From IMG/VR virus record IMGVR_UViG_3300032323_003315: a stretch of 64,000 nt of DNA; one strand, written 5' to 3'. The translations under genes were made by a program, and so were the position numbers. This document shows positions 56,622 through 64,000 of the stretch, one piece after another. The notes under the pieces were generated by a model. The model was not told the origin of the DNA and ran no database searches. It saw nothing but the letters and a program-made list of their open reading frames with translations. The stretch comes from an uncultured virus (IMG/VR IMGVR_UViG_3300032323_003315) (Duplodnaviria; Heunggongvirae; Uroviricota; Caudoviricetes). Numbering within the stretch: the stretch's first letter is position 1; each line of letters opens with the position of its first letter.

Positions 56622-56864
56622 TTAATTGTAATTGTCGTAACACCAAATAGGGGTTTTATCACCCATGTATGCTCCGCTTACATTATACTCAAAATACTCA
56701 AGAGCATCTTCCTCGCTCATATCTCAGCAAAGAATTGTGAGGCATTTGGATACTGAATAAATCAGTCTTTCAGATTTTGTATCTACCCCTATAATAGCTT
56801 CGTCAAAACCATCGGCGATTAAAAACTCCGTATCGGGGTGTGCTTCTATTATTGTTTCTAACAT
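56622..56864 (-). pseudogene. Conserved small phage gene interrupted by an in-frame TGA
   Basis: MLETIIEAHPDTEFLIADGFDEAIIG...SKCLTILC*DMSEEDALEYFEYNVSGAYMGDKTPIW; TGA at 56724-56726. Confidence 0.7.
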
Positions 56865-56865
56865 A

Positions 56866-57504
56866 TCAATCTATATCTGTTTCTCTTTTGGCAGGCGTAC
56901 CCATGACCTTGTAAGTCCATTCGTGGCTGCTTGCTTTTTTATGACTATGGCTATGCTCAATCATCCACTTTATCATTTCCCAATCATGTCCATAAAAATC
57001 ACCTTGGTCGGGAACACCCCTATAAAACTCCATGCTTATACATAATTCGCTATGGCCAATCAGTCCTGCGGTTGCTTGTGTATCTCGTAATGTTCCAAGC
57101 GCATTATTCCATGTATTGTAATAAACAAAGTCATGATTACTATTTTCTATTTCTGAAAGATAGTGTTCCAAATGGTTGATTTTTACAACGTCGTCATTGT
57201 CTATAAAGCAAATGTATGGTGCATCAGCAAGTTCTTTCATAAGGTTTCTTATGTAGTAACCATACCCACCATAATTTTTATCAAGGTTAAACGCTATCCA
57301 TTCATTGCCCTTGTCTTCCTCCTCTTTTATTATTTCCTGCACCCAACCTCTGTCAAGGTCGGCTTGCCATACATGGCAACCATCACCAATCAGATAAACT
57401 TGAAAGTTGTTTATGGTCTGTTTGCGTAAGCAGTCAATTAGTCTTGCTGTTCTTTGAGGGCGACCAAATATCGGTACACATACTGTTATTCTCGGCGTAT
57501 TCAT
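56866..57504 (-). CDS. GT2 (GT-A) glycosyltransferase
   Basis: ITVCVPIFGR, IGDG, YICFIDNDD, HDW. Confidence 0.88.
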   Translation of the reverse strand: MNTPRITVCVPIFGRPQRTARLIDCLRKQTINNFQVYLIGDGCHVWQADLDRGWVQEIIKEEEDKGNEWIAFNLDKNYGGYGYYIRNLMKELADAPYICFIDNDDVVKINHLEHYLSEIENSNHDFVYYNTWNNALGTLRDTQATAGLIGHSELCISMEFYRGVPDQGDFYGHDWEMIKWMIEHSHSHKKASSHEWTYKVMGTPAKRETDID

Positions 57505-58115
57505 TTCTTTGGGTAAATGTATATGATGCCTCTCTTAACTTCTGTTGCTGTTTCGTCCGTATTATAATGATAGTAGTAACCATCTGCGCCATAAATGCTA
57601 TCTAAATAGGGTTGCATCGTAGCAAAAGATATATCCACCCCCTCATAGGCATCATACCCAAGTTCGGGTTCGTTTGGAACTAAACAGTCATGCACAACAA
57701 TACATGGCTTCAAACCGCTTTCCTTTATGATTTCAAGTTCTTTGAGCAATGGTAAAGTTTGCCAATGGCTGTCTATGAAAATCAAAGTATCATCGCCGCA
57801 ACCTGACAACATAGTGTTCAATAGCGTTACGCTATCGCCTAAAAACGATACTATGTTTTTCAACCCCACGGCTCTCTGTAAGCCAATGTTGCGGAATTGT
57901 TCATTGATTTCAACCGTGATTACCTGTTCAAAGTTTTCAGCAAACCACTTTGTTGAGCCAAAAACACAACTGCCCAACTCTACAAGGGTAGAAATGTTAA
58001 ATTTGTCTTTCAGTTTTAAAAACTCTTTACAAGCAAACATGTCGCCGTTAAGGGGTAATGCTTGGTATGGCATTAAGATTGGTTCGTTTGGTAAAAGGCC
58101 GTCGTATTTTCCCAT
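57501..58115 (-). CDS. Class I SAM methyltransferase-like protein
   Basis: LVELGS, ITVEIN, GDS, IFIDSH, VVHD. Confidence 0.75.
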   Translation of the reverse strand: MGKYDGLLPNEPILMPYQALPLNGDMFACKEFLKLKDKFNISTLVELGSCVFGSTKWFAENFEQVITVEINEQFRNIGLQRAVGLKNIVSFLGDSVTLLNTMLSGCGDDTLIFIDSHWQTLPLLKELEIIKESGLKPCIVVHDCLVPNEPELGYDAYEGVDISFATMQPYLDSIYGADGYYYHYNTDETATEVKRGIIYIYPKK

Positions 58116-58125
58116 AATTGATATT

Positions 58126-58791
58126 TTATACTTCTACCCATTGTCCATGGGGATTGTGCGGATGATATTGGCAATGCTGAAAATTTAAAGCAATTTTCAT
58201 ATTTGGTTCTGCAAGCAAATCTTTTCTAACCATGTACAGGTTCAAAGCGTCATTCTGAAAGACTATACGATAGCCCAACATTTCTGCAAGTTTTAAACCC
58301 GCGCTAAAAGAGAAGCCGTAATAATCGTTGCTATTCCAAGTATGGTTTGGATTGTATGCTATCTTTTTGCTTATGCCTTCGGGTATTGTTCCATTGACTT
58401 CGCATACGATAAGCATAGGTTTGTAGTTTTGACAAATAGCATGAATAATATCAAAATCATTCCCATCTGTATCATAATTCAGCAACGTAAATTCCTTGGG
58501 GCAGCGATATTTTTTCAATATGCTACACGCGTTCTCTGCTGTTACCCATTCCTCTTTAACCTCTTGGTTGCCATGGTTGTTGCCGTCTATCAGCAATTTT
58601 TTGAAACCATGCTCCTCTATAAAGTAGCGGGTATTGCTTAAATGAAAACCATCCCAAGCACCTATATCCACAAGATACTTGTTTCCGTATCCTATGTTGT
58701 CCAAAATAAATTTGATATAGCCCTCTTCTCCTGTTTGGCTATATTTCTGAAAGCGATGATTGCCTATTTCGGCTATCCAAGTGTCATTCAT
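58126..58791 (-). CDS. FkbM-like methyltransferase
   Basis: YSQTGEEG, VDIGAWDG...SNT, DTDGND, ICEVN-like strand. Confidence 0.8.
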   Translation of the reverse strand: MNDTWIAEIGNHRFQKYSQTGEEGYIKFILDNIGYGNKYLVDIGAWDGFHLSNTRYFIEEHGFKKLLIDGNNHGNQEVKEEWVTAENACSILKKYRCPKEFTLLNYDTDGNDFDIIHAICQNYKPMLIVCEVNGTIPEGISKKIAYNPNHTWNSNDYYGFSFSAGLKLAEMLGYRIVFQNDALNLYMVRKDLLAEPNMKIALNFQHCQYHPHNPHGQWVEV

Positions 58792-59725
58792 ATTTGTGTA
58801 TTAAGTCTTTTAGATTGTTGGCAAAGTTATGCCATGTGTATTTTGTTCTTACCAAACTACATCCGTTTCCTGCTATAAATGTTCTTTCGTCCTCATGCTC
58901 AAGATAGTATTTTATTTTCTCTAACAACTCGTCTAATGTTTTCCATGTTGCTATTTCATTTCCAATATTAAAATCTGCTTGTATGTTGGTATAATGATGC
59001 GTAAGGCAAAACGCCCCCGAACCCATAATTCTTAACATTCTATCGGAAGTATAACGGCTATAATCAAAATGGGAAAGGTTTATAGCTATTTTACATGTAC
59101 GATATGCAACTGCTTCGTCCGCATATCTTGTCAAAATGCCATCTTTATTTGGCCAACCCGAACCATACAGACCAAAATCGCTATTAAACTCTTGTTTGAG
59201 AAGTTTTACCATATCACATCTGAATTTGCTTAAAGGGAAGTTTATGGTATCAAAATAGTTTGAGCCTAAAAACAGAATGGGTTGAAAATATTTATTTGTA
59301 CTGCCAACGGGGGTAAAATCCACATCATCAAAACCAACTTGCAGATAATCTGACATAATGCCTTGCGCTCTAATTTCAAGCACATCATTCATGTTGGTAA
59401 AAAGTGTTAAGTGTATTTGCTTTCCTGTTTCTATGTAATGTTGTGGTAATGGGTATCTAACATCCCCTGTCCAATTTATAACTTTTGTTTTTGACGACAA
59501 AATCTTTAATGTTTTGTCAGTAACCACATTTCCGCTTTGAATGTGAAGTAAAACATAATTAGGGTTAAAATTATCTGTGGCTTGGATTATATCGTCTTGT
59601 AAAGCGTCTGAATTAAAACCATAATCTGTCCAATCTATGCTCTTGCAATCAAACACATCACTTAACGCTTCCGTAAGGCGTGGGTTATGATTACCCATGC
59701 GTAAGTATAACAATCGTTTTTTCAT
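58784..59725 (-). CDS. CgeB-like GT-B glycosyltransferase
   Basis: WTGD, FLGS, YGSGW, KIAIN, SDRMLRIMGSGAFCLT. Confidence 0.85.
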   Translation of the reverse strand: MKKRLLYLRMGNHNPRLTEALSDVFDCKSIDWTDYGFNSDALQDDIIQATDNFNPNYVLLHIQSGNVVTDKTLKILSSKTKVINWTGDVRYPLPQHYIETGKQIHLTLFTNMNDVLEIRAQGIMSDYLQVGFDDVDFTPVGSTNKYFQPILFLGSNYFDTINFPLSKFRCDMVKLLKQEFNSDFGLYGSGWPNKDGILTRYADEAVAYRTCKIAINLSHFDYSRYTSDRMLRIMGSGAFCLTHHYTNIQADFNIGNEIATWKTLDELLEKIKYYLEHEDERTFIAGNGCSLVRTKYTWHNFANNLKDLIHKYE

Positions 59726-59726
59726 T

Positions 59727-60404
59727 TTATTGCGTTGGAGGTACTAACACATAAGGCGGTGGTACTCTCTGTATGTTTTCGCCGTTTATGTAATTGCGAA
59801 TATTGCTCAAGTGGATATGATAGGTTTTTATAGACAGGGATGGATTAACAAGCGAGTATCCTGCGCTTTCAAGCAAGTATGCTATTGAATTATCGCACCC
59901 TGCTATACCCATGGTGAAGTCTGCGCCCTCTACGTTTGGAACACCACCCTTGAAAATCCATGTATCTTGGCTGTCTGCTCTGTTAAATAACACGGCATTG
60001 CTTTGGTAGTTGGACATATCCGAAACATCCCACCTTGACAAAGCCAATGCTTTATTGCTTGTGGTAACGTATTGCTCTATAACTTCCATGGTGTCCTTGC
60101 AAATAACAATATCCGAATTGCAGATGATATTGATATTGTCGGGTTGATTAAAGTATCTTTCGGTAATGTCAAAATAGTCATTATAGGTCGGTCTTTCCTG
60201 CATCACTCTCCTGTGCAATATTTTATCCCTTTGAATGGTGCGAGAAATAATACCATCATATTTTTTGCTGTCTTCGCCGTTAATGATTACATAGCAACAG
60301 TTGAATTTCTCGTTGTTGAGATTTTGCTCAAAACAGAAATCTATCTCTTTTTGCCTTTCGGGGTTTTTGTCTGTATAGTAGTTTACAAACAGGTTGTATT
60401 TCAT
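59727..60404 (-). CDS. GT-A-like protein
   Basis: ICNSDI, ALSRWD, SQDTWIF, G.AGCDN, NPS..I...H.H; start ATG 60404. Confidence 0.6.
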   Translation of the reverse strand: MKYNLFVNYYTDKNPERQKEIDFCFEQNLNNEKFNCCYVIINGEDSKKYDGIISRTIQRDKILHRRVMQERPTYNDYFDITERYFNQPDNINIICNSDIVICKDTMEVIEQYVTTSNKALALSRWDVSDMSNYQSNAVLFNRADSQDTWIFKGGVPNVEGADFTMGIAGCDNSIAYLLESAGYSLVNPSLSIKTYHIHLSNIRNYINGENIQRVPPPYVLVPPTQ

Positions 60405-60409
60405 TGTGC

Positions 60410-61123
60410 TTATAAAAGTATTAAGGATATAATACCGCCCAACCCAAAACCAAACCACCACTTTTTATATATGGGCGTTTTGGGCTTAAACTGCGTGTTG
60501 TTCAATTTTGATATGTCCACGTTGGGGTTGTCGCTTACCACTTCAATTTTGTATTGGTCTGCTTTAAATATCCCTCCGCTTACTTTACCCGTAGTAATGG
60601 TTAATTCGTTTGGTATGCTCAAACTATCTATAACCACTCCGTCGGATTTTACTGTTCCTGCAATCTGAAAATATTTGTCGTTTTTTTCAAAAGGTAGCGG
60701 TGTCTTTACAAAAGTTTGTGGATTGTTAGGATTTGAACTATCAACATATTTTATTACTTCCACCTTGTAAGGCACTTGCACTTCTTTGATTTGCGTTATG
60801 GTCTGTACTTGCACCTGCCCCTGTATGCTCTTGAATTTGTTTATCGTTTTTACAAGGCGCATATTCTCTTTGGTTGCTTCCATAATTCTCTGCTCTTGCA
60901 GGGCTACTATTTTTCCATTATCGGTTCTGTATTTTTTAAACTCCTGTTCTTTGTCAGAAAGTTGTTTTACCAATTCCCGTGCTTGCCTGCGATTGTTTAG
61001 CACCCACGAAAAAAACAACAGCGCAAAAATTATGACGATTGCCCCATATAGGTACATTCTATATTTGGTTTTTTTATCGTTGCGCTCGTTTGCAACAAAG
61101 GGAATATTCTCAAAATCGCTCAT
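60410..61123 (-). CDS. TM/coiled-coil protein (spanin-like, Bacteroidota phage type)
   Basis: N-terminal TM, VSDNP, C-terminal KKWWFGFGLG. Confidence 0.55.
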   Translation of the reverse strand: MSDFENIPFVANERNDKKTKYRMYLYGAIVIIFALLFFSWVLNNRRQARELVKQLSDKEQEFKKYRTDNGKIVALQEQRIMEATKENMRLVKTINKFKSIQGQVQVQTITQIKEVQVPYKVEVIKYVDSSNPNNPQTFVKTPLPFEKNDKYFQIAGTVKSDGVVIDSLSIPNELTITTGKVSGGIFKADQYKIEVVSDNPNVDISKLNNTQFKPKTPIYKKWWFGFGLGGIISLILL

Positions 61124-61380
61124 GGTATGTTTTGTATTTGGTCAATTTCGTAAAAGCGCATGTTTAACTTGTTCAGTTTTGCAACAAGCAATGAAGCATC
61201 GGCAATATTATAGCGAGAGGCTAATATGGGGCTTTTGACTACTGTGTATTGACATGTGTAAATATCCACGTCGCAAAGATAGCCCTCAAGGTTTACGTTC
61301 CTTTCAAGCATATCAGCATGCACCGCAATATCAAAGGGATTTGATTGATGCTTTTTGATTACATAATTTTTATTGCTCAT
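61120..61380 (-). CDS. Hypothetical protein
   Basis: ATGA-coupled. Confidence 0.55.
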   Translation of the reverse strand: MSNKNYVIKKHQSNPFDIAVHADMLERNVNLEGYLCDVDIYTCQYTVVKSPILASRYNIADASLLVAKLNKLNMRFYEIDQIQNIP

Positions 61381-61595
61381 TGTTGTATGTATTTAAGATA
61401 GACGAACAGAATGACATAAAACGCGGTGGAAATCTTTATGTTTATTGGGGCTATTCTTTCCGTAAACACTTGCATTTCAGCCGTAGTCATAAACCTGCCT
61501 TCACGAACATAGGTTATTACATCCATGATAGTCAATGCTACATAATAAAAAGGCAGAGATGTGAAAAATAGGATTATTGCTAAAAGTCGCTGCAT
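61377..61595 (-). CDS. Small membrane protein
   Basis: Two hydrophobic segments. Confidence 0.6.
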   Translation of the reverse strand: MQRLLAIILFFTSLPFYYVALTIMDVITYVREGRFMTTAEMQVFTERIAPINIKISTAFYVILFVYLKYIQQ

Positions 61596-61597
61596 GA

Positions 61598-62233
61598 TTA
61601 TTGGTTAAAAGGTGTTGTATATGTTTCGTGTGTTGGTGCGCCACCCCATTTTTGCTCATAGTGTTTACGGCACTCAAAAACTTTGTCATAAAGAGATTTG
61701 TCTTTTTCTCCCGATTTGCTTGTCCTCAAAACTTCGGGCAAAATTATTTCGGTAGTAACAACATTGGCCTCTGCTAATTTCAAGCGATAGTTATAATCGG
61801 TATCCTCGTAATAAGCGGGATAATAGTTTTCGTCAAACTTGCCCATGGTCTGATAGGTTTTGAATGGTATGATAAAAGAACAATAAGAGCCGCAATGATA
61901 AAAGTCTGCGGGATTATGTTCAAGCCATGCTTCTATCTCTTGCGCCTTCCTGTGCAATACAACATCATCATTAAGAATAAGTATGTGGGTATATCCCAAT
62001 CCTGCCTGTCTTTCTATGATTGCGTTCCATGATGCCGCAACGCCCAAGTTAGTTCCTGCATTAAACACCTTTATCTGCGGAGGGTTTTCGGAAATTTCTT
62101 GATTTCCATTGTCTATAATGTAAATATGGCGATGCTTAAAGGTTTCTGCATATACCGCCAAGGCTTCCTCAAGTAAATCCTTGCGATTGATAGTGGGAAT
62201 ACCAAGGGCAAGTGTAGGTCGTATGTTGCTCAT
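61598..62233 (-). CDS. GT2 glycosyltransferase
   Basis: IPTINR, IIDNG, NLGVAASWN, LNDD, FDENYYPAYYEDTDY..R. Confidence 0.9.
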   Translation of the reverse strand: MSNIRPTLALGIPTINRKDLLEEALAVYAETFKHRHIYIIDNGNQEISENPPQIKVFNAGTNLGVAASWNAIIERQAGLGYTHILILNDDVVLHRKAQEIEAWLEHNPADFYHCGSYCSFIIPFKTYQTMGKFDENYYPAYYEDTDYNYRLKLAEANVVTTEIILPEVLRTSKSGEKDKSLYDKVFECRKHYEQKWGGAPTHETYTTPFNQ

Positions 62234-62562
62234 TCTATAATTTCTCCTGTTTCAAGGTCAATGGTGTCGTCATTATGGGTAAACAGATTAGTGAGTGCTG
62301 TTTCCATAAGTTCTATTTTCTCCACGCTTAAATTGGTGTAATACCTATCGTTGTGTTTGCGGCATACAGGAATAAACCATATACGCACCTTATCGCCCTC
62401 TTTGATTTCCTTACGGGTAACAAGCATGCGGAACGGTTCACCTTTGATTTCAAACACTACGGGCTGTATCATACCCTTAATTCGCTTGCGTATCATTATG
62501 CTACCAAAGTATTCGTTTTTGGCTGTAATCTGCGCTATTTTACCTTCGGTGCGGATAAGCAT
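62230..62562 (-). CDS. OB-fold/SSB-like protein
   Basis: EGKI...VVFE...GDKVRIWF....RYYTNL; acidic tail. Confidence 0.6.
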   Translation of the reverse strand: MLIRTEGKIAQITAKNEYFGSIMIRKRIKGMIQPVVFEIKGEPFRMLVTRKEIKEGDKVRIWFIPVCRKHNDRYYTNLSVEKIELMETALTNLFTHNDDTIDLETGEIIE

Positions 62563-62613
62563 ATTTTTATTTACAAAAATAATACTTTTTGTAATATGTT
62601 TTTACGTTTTTGT

Positions 62614-62853
62614 TCACATTAGCGGGTTATATTGTACCTTGCCCCTATATCTACGCTCAAAGAGTTCTTTGCCGCTCATGCCTTTCATGCCAAAACTTTT
62701 AAGTGCTTCGTTGTATGTGTCAGCCATGGCTTCAAGGTGTTCCTGTTCGGTTGGAAGCATATCGCGTAAAGCATGCAACATGTTCTCTTTGGTGATAACT
62801 TGATTGGGGTTTCTTTCAAGCATTTCTATTATGGCTTCTATGGGTGTTTTCAT
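62614..62853 (-). CDS. Hypothetical protein
   Basis: MKTPIE start; loosely similar to neighbours. Confidence 0.55.
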   Translation of the reverse strand: MKTPIEAIIEMLERNPNQVITKENMLHALRDMLPTEQEHLEAMADTYNEALKSFGMKGMSGKELFERRYRGKVQYNPLM

Positions 62854-62863
62854 TTGTCTGATT

Positions 62864-63088
62864 TTATATTTTAGGTTTTGGCTTTAAGTCGCCGTTATTG
62901 TCGTATTCGTAACAATTAGGGCAATAGTGATTATCGTTATCGTCTTTCTCCCAATCGCTATCCATCGCACATTGTTCTGCCCAACCTGCATCATCCCAAT
63001 AAGCGTGTCCGTCTATGGCTTCGGAAGCGCATATTGTACCGCATGTATCGCACTCAATGGCATAAAATGTTTTTTCTTTAAAACTCAT
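62864..63088 (-). CDS. Zn-finger protein
   Basis: CDTCG...W...HYCPNC. Confidence 0.65.
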   Translation of the reverse strand: MSFKEKTFYAIECDTCGTICASEAIDGHAYWDDAGWAEQCAMDSDWEKDDNDNHYCPNCYEYDNNGDLKPKPKI

Positions 63089-63090
63089 TT

Positions 63091-63438
63091 TTAACCTCCC
63101 AACCTTTCGTTAAAGTAATTTTCAAAGTTCAGTTTGTTTTCGGAAATCTTATGAAATTCCACGCCCATCAGTTCTGATATATCTTGATAAGCAGCAATGG
63201 CAAAATCAATCATATTTTGCTTCTGTATTGCTTTGGCCTTTTTGTATATATCCGCCCATTCAGCAGGTGTGTTTGCTCTTTTGTATTGGTCGTCCTTCAC
63301 TTGCTCTATAAGCCATTCTACCCCGCCTATTTCGCGATAGTTGTTATCGGGGCAACATGCCAAATATCTTTCTCCGTTTTTATTTAGGCCAAGCGGTTCG
63401 TCATTCAGCCGCCCACAGCCCGTACACATTTTTATCAT
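63091..63438 (-). CDS. Hypothetical protein (Cys N-terminus plus VEWL..AK family domain)
   Basis: CTGCG, CCPD, VEWLIEQ...KAKAIQK. Confidence 0.6.
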   Translation of the reverse strand: MIKMCTGCGRLNDEPLGLNKNGERYLACCPDNNYREIGGVEWLIEQVKDDQYKRANTPAEWADIYKKAKAIQKQNMIDFAIAAYQDISELMGVEFHKISENKLNFENYFNERLGG

Positions 63439-63680
63439 TTGTTACCTCCGTATTTGTCGTTGTAGTATTGTTCTGCCCAAGTTTTAGTTTCTTCTAAATT
63501 ATAGGCATCGCCATCACCTGCTTGATAAGCAGTTTCAATCTGTTGCTTTTCCATTTCTTTGGCTTGTTCTTTAATCTTATTCAGACGTTCACATTCTGAC
63601 CAAGAAAGGTTACTACTAAAACAAGCCCATACTTCATCATATAAAAAATCTACTGCTGTTTGCCGTTTCTCTTTGCTCAT
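63435..63680 (-). CDS. Hypothetical protein (QTAV..L...AKEMEKQQI family)
   Basis: Recurrent small Bacteroidota-phage family. Confidence 0.65.
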   Translation of the reverse strand: MSKEKRQTAVDFLYDEVWACFSSNLSWSECERLNKIKEQAKEMEKQQIETAYQAGDGDAYNLEETKTWAEQYYNDKYGGNK

Positions 63681-63859
63681 TTGTTACCTCCGTATGTTTC
63701 GTTGTCCATAAGCCATGTTAATAGTGGTGTATGTTTTTTGTGGTTTGCCCCTGTTAAAATCCAAATAGGGTTTAAGATAAGTAGAATAAAAAACCCATCC
63801 AACATGCTGCATGGTAAAAAAAACAGCACTTGGCAAAAGCGTATCAAAATGTTTCTCAT
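63677..63859 (-). CDS. Small hydrophobic protein
   Basis: Ends YGGNK like its neighbour; ATGA-coupled. Confidence 0.5.
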   Translation of the reverse strand: MRNILIRFCQVLFFLPCSMLDGFFILLILNPIWILTGANHKKHTPLLTWLMDNETYGGNK

Positions 63860-63862
63860 GCT

Positions 63863-64000
63863 TTATTTGTTTTCTCGGCCAAAGGTAATGTTGTTTTTAA
63901 CCCGTATGTCCTTATGGGTAAAAGACCATAGCTGCCCGTCGTTAAGTATTACGGTGTATATAGTATCCGTTTCATGCCCATAGTCGGTTACAAGCCAAAT
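63863..64000 (-). CDS. Conserved phage hypothetical protein, 5' truncated
   Basis: Manual translation: IWLVTDYGHETDTIYTVILNDGQLWSFTHKDIRVKNNITFGRENK*. Confidence 0.6.
   Translation of the reverse strand: MWLVTDYGHETDTIYTVILNDGQLWSFTHKDIRVKNNITFGRENK

Noticed and set aside
56724..56726. Genome-wide TGA recoding or selenocysteine
   Set aside because: Many genes end at TGA in ATGA overlaps and coding density is high under code 11; no Sec machinery or convincing SECIS seen
1..64000. Eukaryotic giant virus or virophage origin
   Set aside because: Bacteroidota promoters, Rho-independent terminators, ATGA-coupled operons, endolysin/holin, ArdA, RusA and RecT point to a bacterial host
10320..64000. 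Numerous + strand ORFs of 60-200 aa in the track
   Set aside because: Antisense shadows of well-supported minus-strand genes, with no motifs or promoters
1..64000. tRNA, rRNA, integrase, transposase or att sites
   Set aside because: None recognised; intergenic spaces are short and explained by promoters or terminators

Overview
The whole window reads as one densely coded, colinear virus genome segment. I found no host housekeeping genes, tRNA/rRNA or CRISPR. The host is very probably Bacteroidota: TAnnTTTG (-7) promoter boxes sit directly upstream of many genes, most genes lack a Shine-Dalgarno sequence, and there is a GH19 endolysin, holin/spanin-like genes and ArdA. No terminase, portal, HK97 capsid, tape measure or tail gene is recognisable. 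There is instead an A32/FtsK-HerA-type packaging ATPase (32905-33723), a beta-rich ~230-aa candidate single-jelly-roll major capsid protein followed by a strong terminator (31880-32581), a distant paralog of it (12000-12872) and about 30 small single-pass membrane proteins. The best reading is an unusually large (>=64 kb) tailless, internal-membrane (Varidnaviria-like) bacteriophage. Two short peptide motifs divide its proteome. F-x-N-A-x-G recurs in the capsid and membrane proteins, near an HExxH metalloprotease. [FYLM]-x-x-G-G recurs at domain boundaries of basic or polyvalent cargo-like proteins (ArdA, ADP-ribosyltransferase-like). Other modules: a stripped-down PolB-like palm protein, RecT plus exonuclease, RusA, a MoxR/vWA pair, a sulfation (PAPS) cassette next to fibre genes, a glycosyl/methyltransferase cluster, and small basic proteins resembling families I recall from giant viruses. 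GATC, CCGG, TCGA, CTAG and CCAG/CTGG look strongly avoided. All family names come from motif recognition by eye; no database search was run.
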